This document shows, piece by piece, positions 29,787 to 41,401 of a stretch of DNA of 64,000 bases (positions are counted from its first letter, which is position 1; each line of letters opens with the position of its first letter). The translations under genes and the position numbers were made by a program. Source of the stretch: Trueperaceae bacterium (GTDB taxonomy: Bacteria > Deinococcota > Deinococci > Deinococcales > Trueperaceae); NCBI GenBank assembly GCA_965215565.1, contig CBDCDZ010000004.1:2016001-2080000 (forward strand), given 5' to 3'. The notes under the pieces were generated by a model that saw only the letters and a list, made by a program, of their open reading frames with translations, was not told the DNA's origin and searched no databases.

Positions 29787-30956
29787 TCAGCCCAGAAACT
29801 CCTGAATTCGCGTGACTGCTCGAGCCAGCACTGCCGGCTCTCGCACCAGCGCGATGCGCACATATCCCTCACCCTCTTCACCGAACGCTCGCCCTGGATT
29901 GAGGCACACACCCGTCGCCTCGGTAAGCTTCAAGGTAAAATCAAACGAATCGGTGAGACCTTTTGGCAGCTTCGTCCAAACATACATACTCGCCTTGGGC
30001 ATCGGTGTATCCCAACCGATACCGTTAAGCGTCTCGACGAGCATGTCGCGCCGCGCTTCGAAAACGTCCGCTCTCGTTTCAGACGTACCCGCTTCTAAAG
30101 ACGCCACCGCCGCCCGCTGAATCCCCACGTACTGGTTGAAGTCGATCGCGCCTTTAGCCTGAGCGAGCGCGGCGACGGCGTCCGCGTTGCCCACCGCCCA
30201 GCCCATCCGAAAGCCGCCCATGTGAAACGACTTCGAGCAACTGTAGAGTTCGATGGCGGTCTCCAGCCCGCCCTTCTGCGTCAAGGCCGAGGGGGCGCGG
30301 TAGTCGCCGAAGACCATGTCCACATAGGGGAAGTCGTGGACGAGCAAGATACCGTGGTCATGACAAAAGGTGACGGCGTCTTGCATAAACTCATCTGTAG
30401 CGACAGCGGCGGTGGGGTTGTTCGGATAAGAGAGCACCATGACCCGAGCCCGTTTCGCTACGTCCGCCGGAATCACTGAGAGGTCAGGTAGATACTCGTT
30501 CCCTTCTAGGAGCGGCATCGTCGCCATCTCTAGACCCGCCAGCGCAACCGCGCCGTAGTACGACGGGTAACCGGGATCAGGCGCTAAGATGAGGTCGCCG
30601 GGGTCGGTAGTTGCTAATAAGAGGTTCGCAAAGCCCTCCTGCGAGCCGATGAGCGAGAGGACGTTCTCGTCCGGGTTCACCGAGAGGTCGTAGCGCCGCA
30701 AGAACCAGTCCGCGACGGCGCGGCGGAGGACCTCAGTGCCGGAGAAGAGGCAGTAGCCGTAGGTTTCGGGAAGATAGGTAGCGTCTCTAAGCGCTTGCAA
30801 GGCAGCTTGCGGCGGCGCTAAATCGGACGAGCCTACCGAGAGGTCGATGAGGTCTAACCCCTTCGCCTTTGCGCGGCTCTTGGCGCGGTCCATCGTATTG
30901 AAGACGCTCGCAGGCATCGCCTTGACGCGCCCCGATGCCCAGCGGTTGGCGTTCAT
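29787..30956 (-). CDS. PLP-dependent class I/II aminotransferase (LL-DAP aminotransferase-like)
   Basis: GSQEG, PDPGYP, YPNNPT, HDFPY, S.SKSF.M.GFR.G and G.GYVRIALV motifs. Confidence 0.9.
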   Translation of the reverse strand: MNANRWASGRVKAMPASVFNTMDRAKSRAKAKGLDLIDLSVGSSDLAPPQAALQALRDATYLPETYGYCLFSGTEVLRRAVADWFLRRYDLSVNPDENVLSLIGSQEGFANLLLATTDPGDLILAPDPGYPSYYGAVALAGLEMATMPLLEGNEYLPDLSVIPADVAKRARVMVLSYPNNPTAAVATDEFMQDAVTFCHDHGILLVHDFPYVDMVFGDYRAPSALTQKGGLETAIELYSCSKSFHMGGFRMGWAVGNADAVAALAQAKGAIDFNQYVGIQRAAVASLEAGTSETRADVFEARRDMLVETLNGIGWDTPMPKASMYVWTKLPKGLTDSFDFTLKLTEATGVCLNPGRAFGEEGEGYVRIALVREPAVLARAVTRIQEFLG

Positions 30957-31615
30957 GCTTTTAGCGCCTCCCCTCGCATCGCCCGCAAGCTCGCCAAGCT
31001 CTCCTCGACCTCGTCTCTCGGTAAGTTGCCTGCCTCTAACTCTTCATCCGGTAGCGTCAAGAGGTGCGTATAAAACTCGAGCCCCTCCTCTAAAAGCTCC
31101 GGGCTTGCGGTTCGCTCCAACATTTCAAAAAGCCTATCTTCCGCAGAGGCAAAGTCTCCTTTGAGCGCGTCGTACCTAAATACACGCTGTTCGGTTGAGA
31201 GAGGTAGGGCGTCAAACATCTCTATAAGTTGCGCCACTTTCGCCTCGTAAAAGGGGATGAGCCCGGCTTCGGTGATGAGCGCGTGGAGGTACAGCTCGAG
31301 CGTCTTGAGATAGTCTTGTGCGGACACGCCCACACCTCGAGAGGTCTTCACGCGCGCTTCGGCGTAGAGAAGTTCGCCCATCAAGAGGCTCTTCTCGACC
31401 TCCAAAACGCCCGTCGTGCTGAGCAGATTCAAGAGGTCATCCGTGGACAAGCGGTGGACCATCTGAGCGTCTGAGCCGGTGTTCTCGCGGTAGGCGGTAT
31501 TGATGAGCGTGAGCGCTTCGTCCGCGCGTCCGTGCGCGCTCAAGTGCTCGACCTCGGCGAGCGTCTGCTCCAAGCGTTCGGTCATGCGGGTTAAGAAGTC
31601 GTCTTTAAGCGGCAT
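30953..31615 (-). CDS. Conserved hypothetical helical protein (DUF6483-like)
   Basis: G.FA.AED.LF and L..GNLPR.EVEE motifs. Start set at the ATG 6 nt after TACAAT. Confidence 0.65.
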   Translation of the reverse strand: MPLKDDFLTRMTERLEQTLAEVEHLSAHGRADEALTLINTAYRENTGSDAQMVHRLSTDDLLNLLSTTGVLEVEKSLLMGELLYAEARVKTSRGVGVSAQDYLKTLELYLHALITEAGLIPFYEAKVAQLIEMFDALPLSTEQRVFRYDALKGDFASAEDRLFEMLERTASPELLEEGLEFYTHLLTLPDEELEAGNLPRDEVEESLASLRAMRGEALKA

Positions 31616-31784
31616 AGGAGTATTGTACGCTTTTGTGCTCGGAGAGAGGTTTTCGTGATGGCTCGGGTGTGACACATTCGACCTCTCGAGTTACTAACAG
31701 GTTAGGGCTGCCGTAACCGCGCCGTAACCGGAGGAGGCTACCCTTTGGTTGAGCAAGGACAGACCTGCTCGAAAGGAGCCAGAC

Positions 31785-32513
31785 ATGAATAAGAAACTCA
31801 AGCAAGGAATGATAGCGTTGACCGTAACGGGTCTTTTAGTCGGCGGTGGTGTGGTTGGGGCGCAGACCGGCGGCGCGGCGAACGGAGCACAGAATAGCAG
31901 CGTGTCAGAAGGCGCGCCAAACACCAACCGTGCTTTCGAGGGTAGAGGTCAGAGAGGACAGCGCGGTGAATTCGGAAGCGGGCTTCGCGGGCTCTTCCTC
32001 GGGCGTTTGGCCCTCGGCACAACCGTTGAAGTCGCGCTCTATGACGGCAACCCCGAGGAAGACGGAAACGTTTTAGAGACGCTGAACTTCACCTACGGCG
32101 AGGATAGCGAGGCGGCGTTTGCCGAACAACTCGCTGAAGCGCGGCAAAACGCCCAATATGTCCAAGTCGAGGTGGGCGAGCAGACGCGCACGCTCAACCT
32201 CTCGCAAGTCGAGGACTTCGTGGAAGGGCGCGGGCTTTTACCCCGTGAGTTAGCCTTTAGACGCGGCTTGGAGGACGGCGATACCGTCACCGCCACATTT
32301 TTTGACGGCGACCCCGAAGCGGGCGGGAGCGAGCAGCAGGCGCTCACCTTTACCTACGGGCAAGACAGCGCGGCAGGTTTTGCGGATAGCTTTACCGACG
32401 CCGCGCAAGACGCCTCGTTCGTCACTGTGACGACGAGCCCGCAGAGTTACACAGTAGACCCTTCGGCAAGGGCGGAAAGGGGTCCTCGAGACTTCGGTGG
32501 ACGTAGCCGGTAA
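31785..32513 (+). CDS. Exported protein with two ~60-aa internal repeats
   Basis: AAGGAG Shine-Dalgarno and a signal peptide. Repeats read V...YDGNP..G....L.FTYG.DS.A.FA and V...FDGDP..G....L.FTYG.DS.A.FA. Confidence 0.75.
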   Translation: MNKKLKQGMIALTVTGLLVGGGVVGAQTGGAANGAQNSSVSEGAPNTNRAFEGRGQRGQRGEFGSGLRGLFLGRLALGTTVEVALYDGNPEEDGNVLETLNFTYGEDSEAAFAEQLAEARQNAQYVQVEVGEQTRTLNLSQVEDFVEGRGLLPRELAFRRGLEDGDTVTATFFDGDPEAGGSEQQALTFTYGQDSAAGFADSFTDAAQDASFVTVTTSPQSYTVDPSARAERGPRDFGGRSR

Positions 32514-32555
32514 ACTTGTCCTCGAGCGGTAAACTGTAAGCGTAAGCAGCGCGGT

Positions 32556-32583
32556 GTAGGGGCGATTCGTGAATCGCCCCTAC
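32556..32583. repeat. GTAG-type REP palindrome
   Basis: GTAGGGGCGATTC-gt-GAATCGCCCCTAC. Confidence 0.8.
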
Positions 32584-32618
32584 GAAACGGCGTTGCTGGC
32601 AAATGGGAAGGTAAGTGA

Positions 32619-33278
32619 ATGAGGCTTCTTCTAGTCGAAGACGAACCCAATATCGCCAAGCCCGTGGTGCGCGCCTTAGAAGCGCAGGGTCACAGCGTGC
32701 GCCACGCGGCGGACTTGGGGGAGGCTCGGGCGCTCTTTCTCGAGTTCGAGCCCGACCTCATGCTTTTAGACGTGCGTTTGCCCGAAAGTGAAGACGGCGG
32801 CTTCATCTTCTCTAACGAGGTGAGGGAGGCGGGCTACAGCGGTCCCATCCTCTTCATGACTGCCCGCGACGCTTTAGAGGACCGCGTGACGGGCTTAGAC
32901 GAAGGGGGTGACGACTACGTAGTCAAACCGTTTGATTTGCCCGAGCTGTTAGCGCGGGTGCGGGCGCTTTTGCGGCGCGTGAACGAAACGAAGATGAGTT
33001 TCATCAATAAGGGCGCGTTGACGCTCGATTTGGCGAGCCGCACAGTGCGCTGGGAGAGCGTTCTCGTCAGCCTCTCGAGTCGCGAGTATGCGCTTTTGGA
33101 GCGTTTAGCCCTCTCGCCGGGGCGCGTCTACAGCACGGAAGAGTTGGTGGATTTGGTGTGGGGCGACGAGGTTAGTGACGCGGGCGTGGTCAAGGTCTGC
33201 GTGCATCATCTCAGAAGCAAACTCGGTAAGGACGTCATTCGCACCGTGCCGGGTGGCTACCACTTGGGGCTGGAATGA
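32619..33278 (+). CDS. OmpR/PhoB family response regulator
   Basis: MRLLLVEDE, LLDVRLP, TARD, DDY.VKPF and winged-helix IRTV.G.Y motifs. Confidence 0.95.
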   Translation: MRLLLVEDEPNIAKPVVRALEAQGHSVRHAADLGEARALFLEFEPDLMLLDVRLPESEDGGFIFSNEVREAGYSGPILFMTARDALEDRVTGLDEGGDDYVVKPFDLPELLARVRALLRRVNETKMSFINKGALTLDLASRTVRWESVLVSLSSREYALLERLALSPGRVYSTEELVDLVWGDEVSDAGVVKVCVHHLRSKLGKDVIRTVPGGYHLGLE

Positions 33279-33316
33279 ACGGAAACGTGATGCTTTCAGC
33301 CGAAAAGCTAACGTTG

Positions 33317-33406
33317 ACCACCATGAGTAGAAACGTGATGCTACCACCATGAGTAGAAACGTGATGCTACCACCATGAGTAGAAACGTGATGCTACCACC
33401 ATGAGT
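33317..33406 (+). repeat. 26-bp tandem repeat (ACCACCATGAGTAGAAACGTGATGCT) x3 plus a 12-bp partial copy
   Basis: Perfect copies start at 33317, 33343 and 33369. The partial copy at 33395 contains the kinase ATG. Confidence 0.95.
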
Positions 33407-34729
33407 TTGCGAACACGTCTCGCTCTCTTTATCGCGGTAGCGGTAGCCGTGGCCCTTCTTTTACAGGGCGTTTCAGGGTATCTCGTCTTTCGGCAACAGG
33501 CTTATGCCAGCCTAGATAACGACTTGAGGCTCTATCTCACTCAAGTACGTAGGGCGTTACCACGGAACCAAGGACCCCGGCGAGGCGACTTCGGTTTTCT
33601 GCCGAGAGACTACCTTGCTAAGGTGCGTTTTATCCGTGATGGAGAGGTTATCGCGGCGCAAGACGATTTTCCTGAAGGGATTCCGCTCGAGCTAGGCGAG
33701 CGGCCGCGGACGTACGGCATCTGGCGGGTGGGCAGCCAAACGGAGGACCTGCCAGGCAGAGTCGGCGTAGACCCACTTGACGTCCAAGTCGCGCTCTCCT
33801 CTCGTGACCTCTTGCGCAGCCTAGAGCGCTACCGACGCACCCTCGCCTTTACAGTATTGAGCGTATCAGCACTGGGCGCACTCCTCGCGTTTTGGCTCAG
33901 CCGTCCTGCTTTACGCCCTTTAGAGCACCTTTTGAGTGTGGCGCAGCGCGTCGCCACCTCGGGTAACCTCTCGCTCCGCGTGCCGACGGGGGGCGGCGGC
34001 GAACTCGGCACCCTGAGCGAGACCTTCAACCGAATGCTGTCGCGCCTCGCCGCCTTTAGAGCGCGCGAGAGCGACTTCACCAGAAGCGCATCCCATGAAC
34101 TGCGCACGCCACTCGCCTCGATGACCTTGCACCTGAGTTCGTACCGCGAAGGCTACGCGGACGCCGAGGAGACCGTCGCCGTGTTGGAGGAAGAGGTGGG
34201 GCGCATGACGCACCTCACGGAGGCGCTTTTGACGCTCGCTAGGGAGGGGCGCACGCAGCAGATCGGGGTGGACGCGGCGGGGTTGGCTCGAGAAACCGCC
34301 GAACGAGCAGGCGTCGTCTACCAGGGACCAGCTTCTCTAACCCTTTCAGGTGATCCTATCCTCTTACGTCAAGCCTTGTCGAATCTCATAGAGAACGCGC
34401 AGAAACACGCGCCGGGAACGAAGGTCATTGAGTTGAAAGCTTCTGTAGACGAGGCGCAGCCCTACGCCCTCTTGAGCGTTTCCGACGCCGGGCCGGGCAT
34501 GTCGAGTGAAGAGATGAGGCGAGCCAGTGAAGCGTTCTACCGCGCCCCTGGCACGCGAACGAAGGGGAGCGGTTTAGGGCTTACGGTCGTGGCGCAGGTC
34601 GCGCAGGTGCACGGGGGGAGGCTCGAGCTAAGCCCGAACCATCCTAGCGGCTTACGAGCAACGATGTGGCTGCGCCTCGCTGAGCAAGACGAACCACACC
34701 AAAGCCGCACCCCTCGATTATCAACCTGA
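33401..34729 (+). CDS. Sensor histidine kinase (2 TM, HAMP, HisKA, HATPase)
   Basis: ASHELRTPL, NLIENA.KH, VSDAGPG and GSGLGL motifs. Confidence 0.95.
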   Translation: MSLRTRLALFIAVAVAVALLLQGVSGYLVFRQQAYASLDNDLRLYLTQVRRALPRNQGPRRGDFGFLPRDYLAKVRFIRDGEVIAAQDDFPEGIPLELGERPRTYGIWRVGSQTEDLPGRVGVDPLDVQVALSSRDLLRSLERYRRTLAFTVLSVSALGALLAFWLSRPALRPLEHLLSVAQRVATSGNLSLRVPTGGGGELGTLSETFNRMLSRLAAFRARESDFTRSASHELRTPLASMTLHLSSYREGYADAEETVAVLEEEVGRMTHLTEALLTLAREGRTQQIGVDAAGLARETAERAGVVYQGPASLTLSGDPILLRQALSNLIENAQKHAPGTKVIELKASVDEAQPYALLSVSDAGPGMSSEEMRRASEAFYRAPGTRTKGSGLGLTVVAQVAQVHGGRLELSPNHPSGLRATMWLRLAEQDEPHQSRTPRLST

Positions 34730-34740
34730 ATTCAACTGTG

Positions 34741-34849
34741 GTAGTGGCTCTAAGTCAAATCGTATACTCCTGCTGCTATCTCTACGTGATGAACAAGGGG
34801 TTTCAACCCCTTGTTTTGACACCTGTATCATTCCAGGTAAAGCCACTAC
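34741..34849. mobile_element. MITE family B copy 1 (ends GTAGTGGCT / AGCCACTAC, central palindrome ACAAGGGG..CCCCTTGT)
   Basis: The reverse complement aligns with 42678-42794 and 46147-46262. Confidence 0.75.
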
Positions 34850-34854
34850 TTCAA

Positions 34855-36423
<1,569 letters not shown>

Positions 36424-36650
36424 AAGACCTCCTGGGCTGTCTCGTTTGCAGCCAGGATACATCAAAATGCGGGTCAGGGAAGGGCGCGCAAGCTCTTGTA
36501 CCTGAGCCGGGCATTCTTCCGTAGACCTCTTTCACACGAACCTCTTGGGCCTCAAAGTTCACTCGTAGCACCGCTTCCGAATGCCGCTCGCAGACGTTAT
36601 CTCGAGCAAAGCGTTCTCAACCCGCCGAAACTGCCTTTAGGACAAAATCT

Positions 36651-37604
36651 CTAGGACAGGGTCTCGAAGCGCCCTAGTGCTCTGAATCTCTCATAACGCT
36701 GCTGCAAAAGTTGCTCTTCTGACATCTGAGAGAGCAGCTCTAACTCGCCTCTTACGCGCTCTTTGACGCACTCCAAAGCCGTCTTAGGATCGCGGTGCGC
36801 TCCGCCTACGGGCTCCTTGATCACGCTGTCGATGACGCTTAGCTCCAACAAATCCTTCGCGGTAAGCCGCAGCGCCTCCGCCGCTCTTTCCGCCTCGCCC
36901 GCGTCGCGCCACAAGATGGCGGCGCACGACTCCGGGCTGATCACCGAGTAGATGGCGTTTTCCAACATGAGCACGCGGTTCGCCACGCCGATGGCGAGCG
37001 CCCCGCCCGAGCCGCCCTCACCGATGACGACGGTCACGGCGGGCACTCTGAGCTGGCTCATCCGCTGAATGCTCTCCGCGATGACCCACGCTTGCCCCTG
37101 CTCCTCGGCGGCGATGCCCGGATACGCGCCTGGCGTGTCGATAAAGGTCACAACAGGTAGAGCGAACTTGTCCGCGAGGTCAAACATCCGCATCGCTTTT
37201 CTGTAGCCTGACGGATGCGCCATGCCGAAGTTGCGCTGGATATTCTCCTTGGTATCGCGCCCTTTTTGCTGGGCGAGCACGACGATGCTGCGCCCCTCGA
37301 GTTGTGCGAGTCCCGTCACTAAAGCCGCGTCGTCACCTAACGTCCTATCGCCATGCAACTCGGTGAAGTCCGTGAAGAGGTGTTGCACGTAGTCGAGCCC
37401 CGTCGGACGCCCCGCCGCCCGCGCCACCTGCACGCGCTGCCAACGGGTCAGCCCTGAGAAAATCTCCTCTTTAAGCCGCTCCAGGCGGTTTTCCAAAAGC
37501 CCGATCTCTTCGCTGAGGTCGATGTTTTGCTCCTCGGCGTAGGCGCGCATGTCGCCGATGCGCGCTGCTAAGTCGTCGATCGGTTTTTCAAACGCCAAGG
37601 GCAC
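36651..37604 (-). CDS. accA: Acetyl-CoA carboxylase carboxyltransferase alpha
   Basis: [36 protein letters not shown] and YSVISPE motifs. Confidence 0.97.
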   Translation of the reverse strand: MPLAFEKPIDDLAARIGDMRAYAEEQNIDLSEEIGLLENRLERLKEEIFSGLTRWQRVQVARAAGRPTGLDYVQHLFTDFTELHGDRTLGDDAALVTGLAQLEGRSIVVLAQQKGRDTKENIQRNFGMAHPSGYRKAMRMFDLADKFALPVVTFIDTPGAYPGIAAEEQGQAWVIAESIQRMSQLRVPAVTVVIGEGGSGGALAIGVANRVLMLENAIYSVISPESCAAILWRDAGEAERAAEALRLTAKDLLELSVIDSVIKEPVGGAHRDPKTALECVKERVRGELELLSQMSEEQLLQQRYERFRALGRFETLS

Positions 37605-38484
37605 GCGGCGGCTCCTCTTGAGTGTGGTCTTGGACCGAAGGGGTGTTCCTCAGCAGACGGACGTAGCTTGCCAGCTTTGCTTTAAGTTCACCCCGCGGCA
37701 CCACGTCGTCTAGCATCCCTTTTTGCAGCAGAAACTCGGCGCGCTGAAAGCCGTCGGGCAACTCCTGCTTGATGGTCTGCTGGATGACGCGCGGTCCCGC
37801 GAAGCAGATGAGCGCTCCCGGCTCCGCCACGATGATGTCACCGAGCGTCGAGAAGCTCGCGGTGACGCCGCCCGTCGTCGGATCGGTCAAGACGCTGATG
37901 AAGGGGAGGCGCTTTCTGGCGAGGCTTTCTAGGGCGACGGTGGTCTTCGCCATCTGCATGAGCGAGAGCGCGCCCTCTTGCATCCGCGCGCCGCCTGAAG
38001 CGGTCACGGAGATAAAGCTGCGCCCCTCGTCAGCGGCGCGTTCGGCGGCTCTGGCGATCTCCTCGCCGACAACCGAGCCCATTGAGCCGCCCGCGAAGAA
38101 GAAATCCATCACGGCTAGAGCGACAGGTTCGCCCTCCAACCTAGCCGCGCCTGTAATAATCGCGTCAGGTCTGCCTTGCCGCGCCTTGAAGCGCGCCAAA
38201 CGCTCGGGGTAGGGCTCGGTGTCGGTAAAAGAGAGCGAGTCCTGCGCGCCTACCCGCCCGGACCAAGGCTCAAAGGTGTCTGCGTCGGCGAGCATCGCCA
38301 AGCGCGTGTCGGCGGGCATCCTGTAGTGGTGCCCGCACTCGGTGCAGAGCGAGAGGTTCTCCAAGAGGTCCTTGCGGTAAACCTGCGCGTTGCAGCTCTC
38401 ACACTTGAGCCAAAGCCCGGCGGGGCTGTTGTCGTCGTCGCTGCGCGTCGGGCGCTTGCGGCGAAACCAGCGTTCTAAAGTCAT
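37588..38484 (-). CDS. accD: Acetyl-CoA carboxylase carboxyltransferase beta
   Basis: CxxC..CxxC Zn ribbon plus [27 protein letters not shown] and FAGPRVI. Confidence 0.97.
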   Translation of the reverse strand: MTLERWFRRKRPTRSDDDNSPAGLWLKCESCNAQVYRKDLLENLSLCTECGHHYRMPADTRLAMLADADTFEPWSGRVGAQDSLSFTDTEPYPERLARFKARQGRPDAIITGAARLEGEPVALAVMDFFFAGGSMGSVVGEEIARAAERAADEGRSFISVTASGGARMQEGALSLMQMAKTTVALESLARKRLPFISVLTDPTTGGVTASFSTLGDIIVAEPGALICFAGPRVIQQTIKQELPDGFQRAEFLLQKGMLDDVVPRGELKAKLASYVRLLRNTPSVQDHTQEEPPRALGV

Positions 38485-38754
38485 CGTTTACTCCCTGAGC
38501 TGAGCGCGCTCAGCCCCTCTTACTCGCTAAAACAGTTAAGTGGCGGTCTGCGCCGCGTCAATGTGGAGCTATTGTAACAGCACCTTAGCGGCTTTTGTGA
38601 CAATGCACACACATACGCACGATACACACGGGAATCGTGTGTGAAAGATATGCAATTTGCAGGTTGACAGAAGATGTCGGAGAGCTGAAACAAATTCAGC
38701 TCGGCCGCAAGCAGCGGCTCATTGACAAAAGAAGTCTAAACAAAAGAACACGAC

Positions 38755-38823
38755 AAAAAAGAACCTTGAGAGGACCTCCGCCGGGGGGGCAGCGGGGTGC
38801 GGAAGTGCAACCCTCAAAGCTCA
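38755..38823 (-). ncRNA. Candidate ~70-nt sRNA with a C-rich loop
   Basis: Minus-strand promoter TTTACA (38858-38853), 17-nt spacer, TAAAAC (38835-38830) preceded by TG. Followed by a long hairpin and a U6 tract. Confidence 0.5.
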
Positions 38824-38894
38824 GTGTATGTTTTAGCACATCTCGAGCCGTCTGTAAACCCTCGAGCGGTTCCTACTGAACATCTGTGCACAGC

Positions 38895-40052
38895 TCAAAC
38901 GACGTTTTGCTCCACGCGGTCTCTCGGCGGGCTCGAGCCCGCCTCACCTCCCGCAAAGCGCGATAACCGAAAGTCTTTCAGGTCGAACTCGTGCGTGCTC
39001 CCTAAAACTTCCGCCGCCAGGATGTGCCCCGTCGCCGGGCTATGCTGCACGCCGTGACCCGAAAAGCCGCAGACGTTGAAAAAACCGGGTGACGTGTGCG
39101 CCTCGCCTAGGATCGGCAGGTGGTCGGGCGTCACCGCGTAGAGCCCCGCCCAACACGCTTTCGCGTCCAAGCCCGCACGCTCCAAAAAGGGAAAGCGCGG
39201 TAGCGCGAGTTCTAAGAGGTGCTCCAGCCACGCCCAATCCACACCCTGACGCTTACTCGGCGGCTCGCCCTCGTTGGCGAGCCCCATGATGAAGCGCGTT
39301 CCTTCGCTGCGCAGCCACACGCCCGTCTCCACGTCGATCATCAGCGGGCTCGGGTGCGCAAAGTCCGGCAGTGACCCTGTGACGTAGACGTTGCGGCGGT
39401 AGGGCAGAACGGGGAGGTTCAAACCTGCGAGCTTCCCCACCTCTCCCGCGTAAGCGCCCGCCGCGTTCACCACGGCGTCCGCGTAGAACGTCTCCGTGTT
39501 CGTTTCGACGCGCCACTGCCCGCGCTGGAACGAGAGACCTCGCACCTCGGCCTGCAGGTGAAGGCTCGAGCCCTCTTCTTTTGCTCCCCGCAAATAGCCT
39601 ATCGTCACCGCGTGCGGGTCCACCACACCGTCATCCAAACCCAAACTCGCGCCCGCCAGCCCCTCCGTATTCACTGGGAACCGCGCCGCTAACGCCCCTA
39701 CATCCAAGAGGGCGACGCTTGCCCCCATCCTCCGCTGCATCCGCGTCTGAGCTTGCCACGCGCGCCACTGCTCCGGCGAGACGAGAAAGAGGTAGCCCAC
39801 CTTGCGGTAGCCCGCGTCCACGCCCAAGTCTTTTCCAAAGGTGGAGAAGACTTGGGCGCTGTAGCGCGACATCGCGACGTTGACATCGTGGCTGAACTGG
39901 TGCCGGATACCCGCCGCCGACTTACCCGTCGCCTCCGTCCCTGGCGCGGCGGCGCGCTCTAAAACGCGCACCTCCGCGCCCCCTTTCGCCAAGTGATAGG
40001 CGCAACTCGCACCGACGATGCCTGCCCCGATGACAACAACCGCTCTACTCAT
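38895..40052 (-). CDS. FAD-dependent oxidoreductase (DAO / sarcosine oxidase beta-like)
   Basis: IGAGIVG.S.AY.L, T.KSAAG, VVNAAG, WAGLY..TPD..P.LG and GFSGHG motifs. Confidence 0.9.
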   Translation of the reverse strand: MSRAVVVIGAGIVGASCAYHLAKGGAEVRVLERAAAPGTEATGKSAAGIRHQFSHDVNVAMSRYSAQVFSTFGKDLGVDAGYRKVGYLFLVSPEQWRAWQAQTRMQRRMGASVALLDVGALAARFPVNTEGLAGASLGLDDGVVDPHAVTIGYLRGAKEEGSSLHLQAEVRGLSFQRGQWRVETNTETFYADAVVNAAGAYAGEVGKLAGLNLPVLPYRRNVYVTGSLPDFAHPSPLMIDVETGVWLRSEGTRFIMGLANEGEPPSKRQGVDWAWLEHLLELALPRFPFLERAGLDAKACWAGLYAVTPDHLPILGEAHTSPGFFNVCGFSGHGVQHSPATGHILAAEVLGSTHEFDLKDFRLSRFAGGEAGSSPPRDRVEQNVV

Positions 40053-40111
40053 TCCCTACTGTAAAACTTTTCACGGTATTTTGTTGAGGCGCGAGAGCGT
40101 ATAGTAAACGA

Positions 40112-41395
40112 ATGCGAGTTTTACGCGGCAAAGAAGAAGCGAAACGCGCGCTGAGGCGCGGGGCAGCAGACGAGGACGCGGCGGCGCGTGACTCGGTCTT
40201 GATGACGCTGCGGCGCGTGCGTGAAAAAGGCGACGCGGCGCTCTTTGAGCTTACAAAGCGGTTTGACGGGGTTGACTTGGACGATGTTCTCGTACCGAAA
40301 GAGGCGTTCGCAGAGGCTGAGCGGTCCGTGTCTCCCGAGCTTGGGCGCGCTATCGGAAAAGCGGCGGCAAGGGTTCGCACCTTTCACGAGAAGCAGCCCT
40401 CGAGCGGCTTTTTGGAGCAGATGGACGGCTCTTTGCTGGGTCAAATCGTGCGCCCCTTAGAGCGCGTGGCGTGTTACGTACCGGGGGGCAGCGCACCTCT
40501 TTTCAGCACGCTCCTCATGACGGCGGTGCCCGCGCAGGTCGCGGGCGTGAAAGAGGTCGTGGTGGCGACGCCGCCGCGTAGAGACGGGAGCGTCGCGCCG
40601 GAGATTTTAGTCGCGGCCTCGCTTTTAGGCCTTACAAAGGTCTACCGGATGGGCGGCGCGCAGGCGGTGGCGGCGCTCGCCTACGGCACCGAGACGGTTC
40701 CCAAAGTGGACAAAATCGTCGGACCAGGCAACCGCTATGTGGTGCTCGCCAAGGGACTCGTCTACGGCGACGTCGGCATCGAATCGCTCCCCGGACCCAC
40801 CGAAACGCTCGTCTTGGCGGACGCTTCCGCTGACGTTCATCACATCGCGGCGGACCTCTTGGCGCAAGCCGAGCACGTAGGGGCGCAACCCGTCCTAGTC
40901 ACGCCGAGTCAACCCCTTTTAGAAGAGGTCGAGAGGGAGATAGAGCGGCAACTTCAGACGCTCTCGACGAGGGAGAGCGCCCAGGAATCGGTGGAGATGC
41001 GCGGCTTCGCGGTGCTCGTTTCGGATATAGATGAAGGCTTAGAAGTCGCCAACGCCTACGCGCCCGAGCACCTCTGCTTGCTCATAGAGGACCCCTGGGT
41101 GAAAGTGCCGCAGGTGGAGCACGCGGGCGGTATCTTTTTGGGCGCGTACAGCATGGAGGCGCTGGGCGACTACGCCGCCGGACCGAGCCACGTGATGCCG
41201 ACAGGTGGGACGGCGCGGTTCTCGAGCGCCGTCAACGTCCGCGACTTTCAAAAGGTCATCCCGCTCGTTAATTTGGGTCAGAAAACGCTGCAAGAGATAG
41301 GACCCTACGCCGCGAAGATGGCGAGGGCCGAAGGGTTAGAAGCGCACGCGAGAGCCATCGAGTCACGCCTCTCTCCCGTAGAGAGCGAGGACTAA
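40112..41395 (+). CDS. hisD: Histidinol dehydrogenase
   Basis: [40 protein letters not shown] and GDY.AGP.H..PT motifs. Confidence 0.97.
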   Translation: MRVLRGKEEAKRALRRGAADEDAAARDSVLMTLRRVREKGDAALFELTKRFDGVDLDDVLVPKEAFAEAERSVSPELGRAIGKAAARVRTFHEKQPSSGFLEQMDGSLLGQIVRPLERVACYVPGGSAPLFSTLLMTAVPAQVAGVKEVVVATPPRRDGSVAPEILVAASLLGLTKVYRMGGAQAVAALAYGTETVPKVDKIVGPGNRYVVLAKGLVYGDVGIESLPGPTETLVLADASADVHHIAADLLAQAEHVGAQPVLVTPSQPLLEEVEREIERQLQTLSTRESAQESVEMRGFAVLVSDIDEGLEVANAYAPEHLCLLIEDPWVKVPQVEHAGGIFLGAYSMEALGDYAAGPSHVMPTGGTARFSSAVNVRDFQKVIPLVNLGQKTLQEIGPYAAKMARAEGLEAHARAIESRLSPVESED

Positions 41396-41401
41396 AGCCC
41401 T

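Noticed and set aside
33317..33406. Possible CRISPR array
   Set aside because: The repeats are head-to-tail with no spacers, and there are no cas genes.
38596..38611. CRP-like site TGTGA-N6-ACACA upstream of accD
   Set aside because: It is a single imperfect match in CA-rich sequence, which is not enough support.
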